64,000 bases of DNA, from IMG/VR virus record IMGVR_UViG_3300032167_006623; one strand, given 5' to 3'. Under the pieces are notes generated by a model. It ran no database searches and was not told where the DNA came from. It saw nothing but the letters and a program-made list of their open reading frames with translations. Made by a program: the position numbers and the translations under genes. Within the stretch, counting starts at the first letter, position 1; each line of letters begins with the position of its first letter. Below, one piece after another: positions 37,701 to 46,976 of the stretch. This stretch comes from an uncultured virus (IMG/VR IMGVR_UViG_3300032167_006623) (taxonomy: Duplodnaviria; Heunggongvirae; Uroviricota; Caudoviricetes).

Positions 37701-38643
37701 CATTTCACAGCAGATAACAGCTCTTACAGCTGAAACCATTGATTATGATAAAATCAGAGCTGAAATCGCAGCCATCGGTGATATTGTTGCTCAGGGTAAT
37801 GATATTGCGGCGAATAAGGCTATAATGGCGACCGCTGACGCTCGAATCAAAGAGATTACGGCTGAAATTGATGCACTGAATAAAGAAATTGCTGATAAAT
37901 CTGCTCAGCGTAATGCTGCAAATGTCGATGTCCTTGCAATCAATCGTGTTGATGCCGACATTCTTGCTTGCCACACACGTACTGACCTGCTTAATAAAAA
38001 TCTGGCTGATAACAGCAAGATTATAGGCAGACTTGAGCTTGAAATGAAGCAGTATCAGAACGACATCAGACAGCTTGATAAGCTCAAACAGCTCAAAGAT
38101 AAAATGTCTTACTCTGCGTCCAATGCAGGCTGGCTTAAGAAAGCGTTTAACAGAAATGGTATTCCTCATAATATCGTTCGTTCTGTTATTCCTATTCTTG
38201 AAACAACAGCAAGCAATATTTTGGGACAGATGTCCGGCAACACTATGTCTATTGAGCTTCGAACTGAAAAGGTTCTCACAACAAAGAAAGAGGTTGCAAC
38301 TCTTGATATTATTGTATGCGATACGGTTACGGGCGACCTGCCTTATCTCTCCCGCAGTGGCGGCGAACGAGTAAAGGCTGCCCTTTCAATAGTTCTCGCT
38401 CTTGCTGAAATCAAATCAAGTGAAAGCGGCACTCAGCTTGGCTTCCTGTTCATTGATGAACCGCCATTCCTTGATTCCAATGGTATTGAGGCTTATTGTG
38501 ACGCTCTTGAGGCTATTCAGAGACGTTATTCTGACTTGAAAATCATTGCTATTACTCATGACCCTGAGATGAAGTCAAGATTTGCTCAGAACATTGATGT
38601 CGTTAAGACTCCTGATGGCAGTGAAATATATGCCAATCTTTGA
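34762..38643 (+). CDS. SbcD(Mre11)-SbcC(Rad50) fusion protein
   Basis: Phosphoesterase motifs HTADWH, AGDIF, ANHD, LGHVHK; ABC motifs GDNGAGKS, Q-loop, long coiled coil, SGGE, FLFIDE, ITHD, all in one frame. Confidence 0.9.
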   Translation: MLKILHTADWHIGNFPAPASKSRTNLRYLDICSYIEFLISKAEEMKPDIIIIAGDIFNQAKTWSDRGLQETNTIVEYISQLADIAPVYALRGTANHDGKMHYDLLTTALKNNNNVTIVDEACIKNADNKAVIAFVPIFDRNKHRMEADVPMDKEAENNYFCDKVRDAILDLKMEADKYCPNLPTILVTHYTVLGSMMPNGQTSIFATNEIVIDPITLIQSDYTLTCLGHVHKPQQLEACPNTFYAGSLCALNFNDENDLHGFYMHYIDTNGDVASEFIETPSRQFHTIWFNDAQLNDIIAKDYDLTDYVDDSLAGSIIRAIYNCTDVTDKSLNKALFEKALYKHTNAFYVQEIISSEINITVDKTTMRNTASIDDNLRQFLTNEQIDHGTITDKQISDCIDIAQPIIDNLLADASSNYNIGVFTPIEIEVKNYRNYKSAVFNYNDVRFCVINGDNGAGKSSLFMDAMLDALFEETREGDITGWINNDINARSGSIKFTFSIGDNVYKITRTRQKSGKATLNLAQFVTDENNNQSWVDMSEDKLKDTQTVINNLIGMNAVTLKSCGLIMQDAYGLFLQADKNTRMDILGDILNLSIYDELHDAVSELNRAFQAELVRINDEEANILNNIKNGEEIQANLNTAYADNSAYERELKDCNNNLVTLTLTRENLMKDMDSFNRLNDDIATLTTKSQALHVSLEEQNTILINAYNVVSNEDAYIEKTKRHAELVLQEKEMSEKRSRIQALMSEKMRIDNEIGSLNTVNADADSKIAIIDKKLRDIEFELAASEDTEAKAKLYEQTKAEIADIEKRLEEIRALESAYTEKDVLISEINHDMASLRVEYDTKFNEIERKAKILSESGCPISEKATCKFLADAQQALASKQGLTDEYNSKFCSYIQKLDILKKELEEIAAKLAVLRENLPDINLKKQELAVYEACAFKMASIPELRNTHEAYNQQLVEFNQIKINNINKISELTAQMNDISQQITALTAETIDYDKIRAEIAAIGDIVAQGNDIAANKAIMATADARIKEITAEIDALNKEIADKSAQRNAANVDVLAINRVDADILACHTRTDLLNKNLADNSKIIGRLELEMKQYQNDIRQLDKLKQLKDKMSYSASNAGWLKKAFNRNGIPHNIVRSVIPILETTASNILGQMSGNTMSIELRTEKVLTTKKEVATLDIIVCDTVTGDLPYLSRSGGERVKAALSIVLALAEIKSSESGTQLGFLFIDEPPFLDSNGIEAYCDALEAIQRRYSDLKIIAITHDPEMKSRFAQNIDVVKTPDGSEIYANL

Positions 38644-38781
38644 TTGATTTTCAACTTAAATGCACCTTGACGGGTAATGACTACCCGTCGGGTTGCTTTT
38701 AAACTTATATGTATAACCTGTCAAAAATGACAAATTATACTCGAAAATGCACTATAATCTTTCAAAAAGGAGTGATTATAT

Positions 38782-39159
38782 CTGAATACATATGATTTTA
38801 ATGTCAAAATCAATGAGGACAACGATATCGTTATTGAACAAGAAGATACATCAGTTGTACTCACTCTCGACCAGCTTGAAGAAGCTTGGAAATATGCTGT
38901 AACACATACTTATTACAGAAATGATGTACGTGATTACATCAGTAATCATTGCCAGTACATGTATAACTTAGCGGCTGTATTTGAGGATGAAGAATTATTC
39001 AACGCAATTGTTGAAGATTATGCTGAATCCAGATTTGAAAATGACGGCGGCGACCCCTGCAAGACATCAAGTTTCGACGAATGCCTCTCTGAGGTAATTG
39101 CTGATTATAAGGACAAGCTTGAAAAACATTTGTTAAGTAATATTGACAGACACGAATAA
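38782..39159 (+). CDS. Hypothetical protein with probable CTG start
   Basis: The frame of the 38959 ORF is open back to CTG 38782, 9 nt after AAAGGAG. Confidence 0.6.
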   Translation: MNTYDFNVKINEDNDIVIEQEDTSVVLTLDQLEEAWKYAVTHTYYRNDVRDYISNHCQYMYNLAAVFEDEELFNAIVEDYAESRFENDGGDPCKTSSFDECLSEVIADYKDKLEKHLLSNIDRHE

Positions 39160-39170
39160 ATGATTGATTT

Positions 39171-39201
39171 AATCGGCAGACGTGTTGTCTGCCGATTTTT
39201 T
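39171..39201 (+). terminator. Intrinsic terminator
   Basis: AATCGGCAGAC / GTCTGCCGATT plus T run. Confidence 0.7.
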
Positions 39202-39233
39202 CACACAAAAAATCACAATAAACCAAGAAAAGG

Positions 39234-39791
39234 GTGAATATTATGTCAAAAACTCAGAAAACCAAATTCATGACAGTTTATTATATCATAATCGTCCCTT
39301 TGATTATAGCCTGCTTGTTTGGCTTGAATCACATCGAAGATAATCTCATTACAGAAAAACAGACCACTGCTCATCTTCATTTTTATACAATCGAAGCTAC
39401 TGTATGTGATTCTGAAACATTTCTGTATCAGGACATCAAAGGTAATCCTGCGTCTGAAACCAAATATTATCTTGAATATGCAGACGAAAATAACAAAAAA
39501 CAGGAAATGTCAATCAATAGCCTGTCCTCATCTGCATATACAGTCGGAGAAACTGTTTCACTGAATGCTGTATCAGGCTATATCAATACGATTGATACTA
39601 CACAAACATCGGCTGAAGATTTCAAATCCATGATTATGAAGCAGGCCGATGATGCAATTCTCGCTTCCGTGAGAAATGAATTAAGCCCTGTTCTTATTGG
39701 CTTTGTTCTTGTATCTATCTTCTTCCTGATGCTTGGAATGCTGCCTGTTGAAGAAATAATTGCGGCAAAGAAAGCTCAGCCTCAGACTTAA
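39234..39791 (+). CDS. Two-TM membrane protein
   Basis: Hydrophobic helices near both termini. Confidence 0.7.
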   Translation: MNIMSKTQKTKFMTVYYIIIVPLIIACLFGLNHIEDNLITEKQTTAHLHFYTIEATVCDSETFLYQDIKGNPASETKYYLEYADENNKKQEMSINSLSSSAYTVGETVSLNAVSGYINTIDTTQTSAEDFKSMIMKQADDAILASVRNELSPVLIGFVLVSIFFLMLGMLPVEEIIAAKKAQPQT

Positions 39792-39805
39792 AACGAGGTA
39801 AAATC

Positions 39806-40267
39806 ATGACAAAAACCTATGATTTCGTAAAATATCCCGTTCTTGGAGAGCCTGATGGCTCTCAGAACGGTAATATCAAAACTGTTTACATCTATGGATA
39901 TGATGAAAAAACAGCTGAAATGAAGTGTACACCGGCTGATGCAATACTTTGCACAAATGCAAAATTCCGCATTAACTTACATACCAAAGAAATTGACCCT
40001 GAAACAAAAGCTCCTTGCGGCAGAAATGTATTTGCCTATATTCCTGTATCCAAAATGGGCGAATTTGATAACATAAAAACGGTCTATGGTACAAAACGCA
40101 AGAAATATTCAGCCTCTATTGCTGAAACAATTCTTGTAGGTGTTTACGGAAAATACTTATCAGTGAGCTTATCTGATAACAAACACGACCATTTCTTGAA
40201 ACTTTACAATAAAAAAAAGGAAATAAAGTTATGCTTAAAAACAAACAGCTCGAAGAGCTTAGACTAA
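39806..40267 (+). CDS. Hypothetical protein
   Basis: RBS GAGG. Confidence 0.7.
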   Translation: MTKTYDFVKYPVLGEPDGSQNGNIKTVYIYGYDEKTAEMKCTPADAILCTNAKFRINLHTKEIDPETKAPCGRNVFAYIPVSKMGEFDNIKTVYGTKRKKYSASIAETILVGVYGKYLSVSLSDNKHDHFLKLYNKKKEIKLCLKTNSSKSLD

Positions 40268-41043
40268 AATACCCCAAAAATACTCGCATACGTCTTGACT
40301 ACATGCACGACGACCCCCGCCCTGTCGAACCGGGTACAAAGGGAACTGTAGAGGTCATTGACGATATGGGTACAATTCATTGCCGCTTTGATAACGGTCG
40401 CCGTCTGGGTATCAGTCCTGAAGTAGATAAATTCCACAAAATCCTGAAAATCAGTATTGATTTTGATGATGTGCTTTACTACACCTGCAAAATGATATTT
40501 GAACTTGGTGAAAAATATCTCAAAAATCATAACATTGATTATAAAATCGATGAAACTCAGTTTGATATTGATAAATTGTTCAATATCTCACCCATAATCG
40601 CTTCTGATTTGTGGGTGAATGCGTTTGAAATGCACAATCCTATATATCTTATCGATACAGCAAGTATGATTCTTCGTACAATTAAAGACCGATATGACAC
40701 TGAATCTGAAATCACCACAAGCAGACCTGATTTCAATGATGAGCGTATCAAGCTCAAACAACTTATTACGGCTATGAAACCTAAATTTGAGTTTGATAAT
40801 ATCAATATCGGTATTAACGATAAGGCTGCGTTTCTCACAGAAAACTGTTTCGATATACATATTGACGACCATCCTCGCCATATCTCAGCATTACAAAACA
40901 CAAATGTTGTTCCGATACTTACCGATTTTGAGAGCACACGCTACAATAAAGCCTTTGCTGCGTCTTATGACGGCTATATCATGAAAAGATGGGCTGACCT
41001 GCCTCGAATCATTGAAGCAATTATATCAGAAAGGAAGAAATAG
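40231..41043 (+). CDS. DUF4314 domain fused to a HAD 5'(3')-deoxyribonucleotidase-like domain
   Basis: YPKNTRIRLDYM.DD..PVEPGTKGTV..IDDMGTIH..FDNG; then IDFDDVL, TSR, K, HIDDHP. Confidence 0.75.
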   Translation: MLKNKQLEELRLKYPKNTRIRLDYMHDDPRPVEPGTKGTVEVIDDMGTIHCRFDNGRRLGISPEVDKFHKILKISIDFDDVLYYTCKMIFELGEKYLKNHNIDYKIDETQFDIDKLFNISPIIASDLWVNAFEMHNPIYLIDTASMILRTIKDRYDTESEITTSRPDFNDERIKLKQLITAMKPKFEFDNINIGINDKAAFLTENCFDIHIDDHPRHISALQNTNVVPILTDFESTRYNKAFAASYDGYIMKRWADLPRIIEAIISERKK

Positions 41044-41047
41044 ATTT

Positions 41048-41437
41048 ATGCGATTATATTCAACTTTTAAAATGAATAAACCTATTGATGACAACAAAAT
41101 CTTCATCTCCCCCGGTGGTTATGAAATGACTTTTGGCGGATGGGATATACAGTTCGATTTTGAAAATTCAGGCGGAGATATTGATGATGATGACAAATCT
41201 ATCATTCATTTTGAACAACGCAATCTTGATATCAGCTCATTTCCTGATGCTAAAGCTCTTGATAATATTGATTTTCTTCAGACATTGGAAAAAATCAAGG
41301 ATTTTTATGTCGATATTGAAGGTCCTGATGATTTGAACCTCGAATCCATCATTTCTGTTTCATTTGAAACAACAAACTGTGACAGATATGATGTTCCCGA
41401 TGACATTCTTGCTGAATACAACGAAACTATTGCCTGA
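41048..41437 (+). CDS. Hypothetical protein
   Basis: RBS GAAAGGA; SPGGYEM..FDF. Confidence 0.75.
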   Translation: MRLYSTFKMNKPIDDNKIFISPGGYEMTFGGWDIQFDFENSGGDIDDDDKSIIHFEQRNLDISSFPDAKALDNIDFLQTLEKIKDFYVDIEGPDDLNLESIISVSFETTNCDRYDVPDDILAEYNETIA

Positions 41438-41452
41438 AAGGATAAATAATCT

Positions 41453-41665
41453 ATGAAATATGTAGTACATTATGGTGTTCGTATGACGACTGATTTCATC
41501 ATCGAAGCTGAATCGGAAGAAGAAGCAAAACGTCTTGGCGAACTCAAAGGTGAAGATATGGATATCTCAGAATTTGAATTTGCAGACGACGACGTCGACG
41601 TTTGGGAAGCAGATGCTGATGATATTGCTGCTTATAAAGAGATAGGAGATGATACAAATGTCTGA
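41453..41665 (+). CDS. Small DpnD/PcfM-like protein
   Basis: MKY.V....IEAESEEEA pattern. Confidence 0.6.
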   Translation: MKYVVHYGVRMTTDFIIEAESEEEAKRLGELKGEDMDISEFEFADDDVDVWEADADDIAAYKEIGDDTNV

Positions 41666-41831
41666 AAATACTAAGAAAAAACCCGTTGACTCAAAAATGA
41701 ACAAAGAAATTTCCAAGTATACCTGCCCTGAGTGCGGCATCATCGTTGGTGTAAGACGTGATGCATCATCTTGCATTATGGAAAGCTGTCCATTTTGCAA
41801 GACAGAGCTTGATACGAAAGGACTTCAGTAA
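41658..41831 (+). CDS. Zinc-ribbon microprotein
   Basis: CPEC...CPFC; RBS AGGAG. Confidence 0.7.
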   Translation: MSENTKKKPVDSKMNKEISKYTCPECGIIVGVRRDASSCIMESCPFCKTELDTKGLQ

Positions 41832-42394
41832 TGACTCATGCAGAAACCGTAAATTTTACATACGAATCCGTTGAAAACTTTGCTCGATTACTGATTACAA
41901 TTCAATTTGAAAAAACAAAGCCTTCTCGCGATATCACCATTTATCATCAACGATTTGATAAAGAATCCGATGAAATATTCGGCAAATTTCTTGAAGAATT
42001 ATTTCCGAACGGCGGAACGATTGATATTCCTCAGATTGATATGCTTGTTGAATATGTATATCGATTTTTACAAAAAGACGACAAAGCTCGCAGCTTATAC
42101 GCTGATTATGATAAATCTCGTCTTTATTCATGGGTTTATTTCAAACCCGACAATATTGTCCGTTCGGCAGATATAGGTCAGCATATGCTGGTTATACAGG
42201 ATATTTGCAAGGATTTCTTTAAGGATTTTGAACAGAAAGACCTTTCAAGAGAATACATGCAGAAATTTCTTCGTGAAAACTTCGAAATCAAGTCTGATTA
42301 CACAACCATGAACAACATCATAAATGATGTTGACTGGATTATTCGTGAGATAAATATGTATCGGCGCAATAGCTTTGAGGAGATGATTGAATGA
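41831..42394 (+). CDS. Hypothetical protein
   Basis: RBS GAAAGGA; start coupled to the previous stop. Confidence 0.75.
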   Translation: MTHAETVNFTYESVENFARLLITIQFEKTKPSRDITIYHQRFDKESDEIFGKFLEELFPNGGTIDIPQIDMLVEYVYRFLQKDDKARSLYADYDKSRLYSWVYFKPDNIVRSADIGQHMLVIQDICKDFFKDFEQKDLSREYMQKFLRENFEIKSDYTTMNNIINDVDWIIREINMYRRNSFEEMIE

Positions 42395-42555
42395 CATACC
42401 AAGCTGCCAAAAAGCTTCATAACGAAGATGAAGTTATTCGTAAAGAAGACGATGTCTCTCTTTATGTTATTGACATTGAAATTGACGAAATCAACAAAAA
42501 CGTATGGATTTTATGTGATGACGGCAATAACTATCATCACGACGACGTAAAATAA
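42391..42555 (+). CDS. 54-aa hypothetical protein (not in ORF track)
   Basis: RBS GAGGAG; ATGA overlap; MTYQAAKKLHNEDEV...HHDDVK. Confidence 0.7.
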   Translation: MTYQAAKKLHNEDEVIRKEDDVSLYVIDIEIDEINKNVWILCDDGNNYHHDDVK

Positions 42556-42589
42556 CACATAAAATCCGACTCAAACGAAAGGACGCCCT

Positions 42590-43411
42590 ATGTATATTGT
42601 AAACAATTCTGTTGAATACTGGCTTTACGATAAGACCAAGAATGCTTATACCCGTAAATTTGATAATATGCAGGAACTCAGAGATTTCATTGAAACCTGT
42701 ATTGTCTTCCATGACGACGCTCGTTATCCTTATTATAATATATGTGAAATTGAGTATTATACTGTAAAACAGCTGTCAATGAGCTTCGAACCTGTATATA
42801 AATTCTATGATATTGGCTTTGGTATGACATATCATGACACAAGACCCTATGTTATTGTGGATAAAAACCTGAAAATCTACAATTACAGTGAAATTGTCGA
42901 TGAAATTGTCGCAAAACACAAGGGTCTGAAAATCAGTTTCGGTATTGGCAAGACTTACAAAGGTAACTCTTTTACAGAAAAAAGTCCTATGAACAGATAT
43001 AAAGCCAGAAGAGCCGCAATGGGCGTCATTTCAGGCTTTAAATATCACAGACAGAGCCGCTGCAATCTCATTGTAAATAAATCAGAACGCATTGCCTGCA
43101 ATAGTCATCTGCATGATAATTATTATATGTCAATAGCTGATGATATCAGAGATGAACTGGGCATTGATGTTGACCCTAAACTCATCAAATCAGCCTATAA
43201 TTCCATGCGTTATGACAGACGTTATGCTGCCGGAGATGTGTGGGAAGATGGTTATGATTATCATACTTACAGACACGGCTGTCCTGAAAGTTGGAAAAAT
43301 CATAAAAAATCAAAGCAGTGGAAAAATGATAAAAATACAGCCAGACAGACTGTAAGAAAAGATTATATCAAACACTGTGTTGATGAAGAATATGCTTTTG
43401 ATTACGAATAA
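42590..43411 (+). CDS. Hypothetical protein
   Basis: RBS GAAAGGA; SWK..KK.KQW motif. Confidence 0.75.
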   Translation: MYIVNNSVEYWLYDKTKNAYTRKFDNMQELRDFIETCIVFHDDARYPYYNICEIEYYTVKQLSMSFEPVYKFYDIGFGMTYHDTRPYVIVDKNLKIYNYSEIVDEIVAKHKGLKISFGIGKTYKGNSFTEKSPMNRYKARRAAMGVISGFKYHRQSRCNLIVNKSERIACNSHLHDNYYMSIADDIRDELGIDVDPKLIKSAYNSMRYDRRYAAGDVWEDGYDYHTYRHGCPESWKNHKKSKQWKNDKNTARQTVRKDYIKHCVDEEYAFDYE

Positions 43412-43431
43412 ATATGAAAGGTTATGCTAAT

Positions 43432-43629
43432 ATGAAACATTATGTAACATATGAAATCACGGCAAAATATGTCGCTGAAGTTGAAGCGAATAATGCTGAC
43501 GATGCAATCGCTTTAGCAAATAAGAAATTTTCTGAAGCCGATTTTGGTGAAGCATCTGATATAGATGGTGAAGCAATCATCGTTGAAAATGAAAATAACG
43601 ATACTGTTTGGGAAAAACAGAATTGTTAA
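43432..43629 (+). CDS. Small DpnD/PcfM-like protein
   Basis: MKHYV....VEANNADDA, similar to 41453..41665. Confidence 0.6.
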   Translation: MKHYVTYEITAKYVAEVEANNADDAIALANKKFSEADFGEASDIDGEAIIVENENNDTVWEKQNC

Positions 43630-43645
43630 TTCAGAAAGGATTTTT

Positions 43646-43933
43646 ATGTACCCAAATATTGAAAAATGTGCTGATAAACAGCATCTGTACAATAATCTCA
43701 GTGAAGCCGCTTTGCGGCTCATTGAGAACACATTAACCTGTTATCCTAATAAAATCGATTTTACAGCACCTCGATATGAAAACGGCGAACCCGATTTTTA
43801 TGGAGAATTTGAGCTGATAATCAAAGATGACTCATATAAACCTCATGGTTATGAGCTTTTGATTCTCAAATGGGTTGAAGACTATGAAGATACAGGTTAT
43901 ATGATTGAAACATTACAATCCATAGAGGAGTGA
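43646..43933 (+). CDS. Hypothetical protein
   Basis: RBS GAAAGGA. Confidence 0.7.
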   Translation: MYPNIEKCADKQHLYNNLSEAALRLIENTLTCYPNKIDFTAPRYENGEPDFYGEFELIIKDDSYKPHGYELLILKWVEDYEDTGYMIETLQSIEE

Positions 43934-43937
43934 TTTT

Positions 43938-44117
43938 ATGAAAACCAAACAGGTAATAATCATCGCAGCTTGTCCTGAATGCGGCAATCAGAAATGGACA
44001 ACCAATGAAGAATTGGCCGGTGAATTTCAGTGTACCGACTGCAAAGTAATAATTGCCCCTGAAGATATGACGCTGACAACATTGATTGCTGCAGAAAGAG
44101 GTGAACCGGATGCCTAA
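43938..44117 (+). CDS. 59-aa zinc-ribbon microprotein (not in ORF track)
   Basis: RBS GAGGAG; CPEC...CTDC. Confidence 0.7.
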   Translation: MKTKQVIIIAACPECGNQKWTTNEELAGEFQCTDCKVIIAPEDMTLTTLIAAERGEPDA

Positions 44118-44559
44118 TTTTTATGCAACATACGGACTTGATTACCCTTCTCATCCGTTTTCAGGCGGATGGACCAGAATCGTTGCTCCCAATTATTCCG
44201 AAGCCAGACGATTATTGAACACAATACACCCGTTTGATGACCCATCAGAGGCAAATTGTGTCAAGCTTTATACAGAAGAAGATTTTTATATGACCGATAT
44301 GCCTGAAAAAGGCAATTGGGGCGAAAAAGAACAAGAGGTCATTGAATCAAAAATCATTGCAACAAAAAATGCACCTTTCGCGCCTAAAACTGATAAAGAC
44401 AGTTTGAAAATCATTGCCAAAGAAATTGATTTTCTTTTCAAAAACGGCACTCCAAGCGATGAAGACCTTGATTACGATGATAATTACATCGAAATTTATC
44501 ATGGCCTCAACGAACTCAAAGCTTCGCTTGAAGCAGTTGGCTTTGATTTTGAAAATTGA
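44110..44559 (+). CDS. Hypothetical protein
   Basis: RBS GAGGTG; FYATYG...PFSGGW. Confidence 0.7.
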   Translation: MPNFYATYGLDYPSHPFSGGWTRIVAPNYSEARRLLNTIHPFDDPSEANCVKLYTEEDFYMTDMPEKGNWGEKEQEVIESKIIATKNAPFAPKTDKDSLKIIAKEIDFLFKNGTPSDEDLDYDDNYIEIYHGLNELKASLEAVGFDFEN

Positions 44560-44580
44560 TTTTTGAAAGGATTGAAACTT

Positions 44581-45090
44581 ATGCCACTATTAAAAACATC
44601 CATTACTATTGACATCACATCAAATGACAATGGTACATATGACACTCATATAAGCACTGAAGATTCATCAGGTGAACATTATCGAGATATAAACGCTGAA
44701 AAAATCGGTGAATACACTGCTGATTTAATTGATACGCTTGAAGAAGCTTATTCAAACAAATCCTATCTGTCTGACAGAGGTGACTGTCGACGTAAATTCT
44801 GTGACCCTGCTATGCGTATCATAAATAATCTCAAGGCTGAAAATGAAGAATTAAAGAAAAAATTATCTGCTAACACAAAGCCTTGTCCGGCTTGCAATTT
44901 CGAACATGATTGCGGAAAAACAATCAATACACAAGGCGATGATTTCATCATGATGCAGCATACTAATGACGACGGCTCAATTACAAATTCAATCAATACA
45001 GATGAAAAGCATTTCTACACTCTGGATATAGCTTTTTGCCCTATATGCGGCAGAAAACTTGAAACAGCAGTTCAAAAGACAGACGTTTAA
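44581..45090 (+). CDS. Hypothetical protein with C-terminal Zn ribbon
   Basis: CPAC...FCPICGRKL. Confidence 0.75.
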   Translation: MPLLKTSITIDITSNDNGTYDTHISTEDSSGEHYRDINAEKIGEYTADLIDTLEEAYSNKSYLSDRGDCRRKFCDPAMRIINNLKAENEELKKKLSANTKPCPACNFEHDCGKTINTQGDDFIMMQHTNDDGSITNSINTDEKHFYTLDIAFCPICGRKLETAVQKTDV

Positions 45091-45156
45091 TAACTCAACA
45101 TAATTATCATCAAATAATCAAATCAATACATTTGACAACCATAAGGACGTGAATCT

Positions 45157-45630
45157 ATGACATGTAAATCCTGCCATTATCATGCCACTGTGAATGAGGA
45201 GCATATTTGTCGATATGACAATAGTATATTGAGTTCACTCAATAAAAATTGGTGCAGTCATTACGTGACATCTGATGATAATGAATCAATACTTGGAATT
45301 CACCAACAGCTTCAGAAATTACACACCATGTATGATTTCATAACAAGCTCCATTGCGAATTACCAAACTGCATATGCTGAATTTTTAAAAAGTTTTTTGC
45401 AAAAAAATAATCTCGAAAAACGAGTCTTCAATTTGCATGATAACACGATGGGCTATCTCAAGCTCAAAAAAACAACAAAATCCAATACGTTTGAACCGTT
45501 TCACCTCTCTTATTTCAAAATTAAAGACAATGGTCATATACATAACGTACCAGACTATGTTTATGATAGCTGTGATTTGGAATTAATTTTGAAAATTTAC
45601 AAACCTTGTGAAGGAGGTGATAAAAAATGA
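45157..45630 (+). CDS. Hypothetical protein
   Basis: RBS AAGGA; N-terminal Cys cluster. Confidence 0.65.
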   Translation: MTCKSCHYHATVNEEHICRYDNSILSSLNKNWCSHYVTSDDNESILGIHQQLQKLHTMYDFITSSIANYQTAYAEFLKSFLQKNNLEKRVFNLHDNTMGYLKLKKTTKSNTFEPFHLSYFKIKDNGHIHNVPDYVYDSCDLELILKIYKPCEGGDKK

Positions 45631-46172
45631 ATAAGAAGTTCTATATTTCCGACCTGCATTTAAACCATAAGAACGCATTATCCTTTGACGACCGTCCTTT
45701 TTCTGATACACAGAATATGATTGCTGCAATCATTGAAAATTGGAACAATGTTGTCACAAAATATGATAATGTTTATATCCTCGGGGATATGTTCTGGAGA
45801 AATGAAGGGGCGGCTGAAATTCTTGCTCAGCTTAACGGTGACAAATTTCTTATCCTTGGAAATCATGATAACCCAAACCTTGATATGAAAAAACATTTCA
45901 TATGGGTGAAAGATTATGCAGAAATCAAGGATAACGGTCGAGATGTCATACTTTGCCATTATCCAATAGCACATTGGAAAAATGCGGACTATGGCTCTTT
46001 CCATTTGTACGGACATATTCATAAAGGCCGCGATAGCCGTCCTTTTGATGATTACAAGCAGTTCATGCTGCAACGTAATTTTCCGTATAATTGCTACAAT
46101 GTCGGCTGTATGCTCGATTACATGAACTATACACCGAAAACACTGGACGAAATCATTAACGCCAATCGATAG
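45627..46172 (+). CDS. Calcineurin-like metallophosphoesterase
   Basis: ISDLH, LGD, GNHD, LCHYP, YGHIH. Confidence 0.9.
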   Translation: MNKKFYISDLHLNHKNALSFDDRPFSDTQNMIAAIIENWNNVVTKYDNVYILGDMFWRNEGAAEILAQLNGDKFLILGNHDNPNLDMKKHFIWVKDYAEIKDNGRDVILCHYPIAHWKNADYGSFHLYGHIHKGRDSRPFDDYKQFMLQRNFPYNCYNVGCMLDYMNYTPKTLDEIINANR

Positions 46173-46192
46173 ACGAAAGGAATGACGAGTAT

Positions 46193-46891
46193 ATGAAAAT
46201 ATCGTATATAAGGGAAAATACAAACGAAGCACCCTTGATAACAGCAATGCTGTCTGTTGCAGCACTTACTGTATTACTCGTTTACTATGATTTCAGCATG
46301 AATATTATCACAGCTCTCGCTGTGGTAATATTGCTGTCACTTTTTGTTCTTGCAGGCTTTTTGCTTTCAAAGCATGACAACAAACGTTTTATTGAACATA
46401 GAGACGCTTTATGTGAAGAAGGCATGGCTTGTGAAGGAAAAATCATAGGAATGAGTCATAAAAAATGCCGCTTTGGTGCGGATGTACACGCTTTTATAAT
46501 TGAATACCACAGTAAAATTCTTGACAAAACAATTCAATTCACAACTCCTGCCATAGAGCAGAATTTTGAAAACAAGACAAATCTGACTTGCACGGTATAC
46601 GAGTCCTCAGATTCTAAATTCAGAAAAATACATCATGAAACCGAAGCCAATCGTGATTTGGACGCAAATCTTGATTATGCAATCTGTTACATAGCTGATA
46701 CCCTTGATAATACACACGAAAACAAGAAATATGCAAGTGACATACTTGCTCCCATTCTTGTAATCGTGGGTGCCATTCTTTGCATATCATTGTTATATGA
46801 TATTTATCAGGAATACAAACCTCTCGAACAGGTTTCCATTCCTCTTGAAGATTATTTTACAGCCGATTTTCCAGAAAACCCTCATAAATGA
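46193..46891 (+). CDS. Membrane protein
   Basis: Three hydrophobic helices; RBS GAAAGGA. Confidence 0.7.
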   Translation: MKISYIRENTNEAPLITAMLSVAALTVLLVYYDFSMNIITALAVVILLSLFVLAGFLLSKHDNKRFIEHRDALCEEGMACEGKIIGMSHKKCRFGADVHAFIIEYHSKILDKTIQFTTPAIEQNFENKTNLTCTVYESSDSKFRKIHHETEANRDLDANLDYAICYIADTLDNTHENKKYASDILAPILVIVGAILCISLLYDIYQEYKPLEQVSIPLEDYFTADFPENPHK

Positions 46892-46900
46892 GGATATTCA

Positions 46901-46929
46901 TTGACTTCGATTTGATTTTATGATATAAT
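46901..46929 (+). promoter_or_regulatory. Sigma-A promoter
   Basis: TTGACT, 17 bp, TATAAT with extended TG. Confidence 0.7.
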
Positions 46930-46976
46930 AACACAAGACAGACAACCTGTGAAACTTTATGAAAGGACAGATTCCA

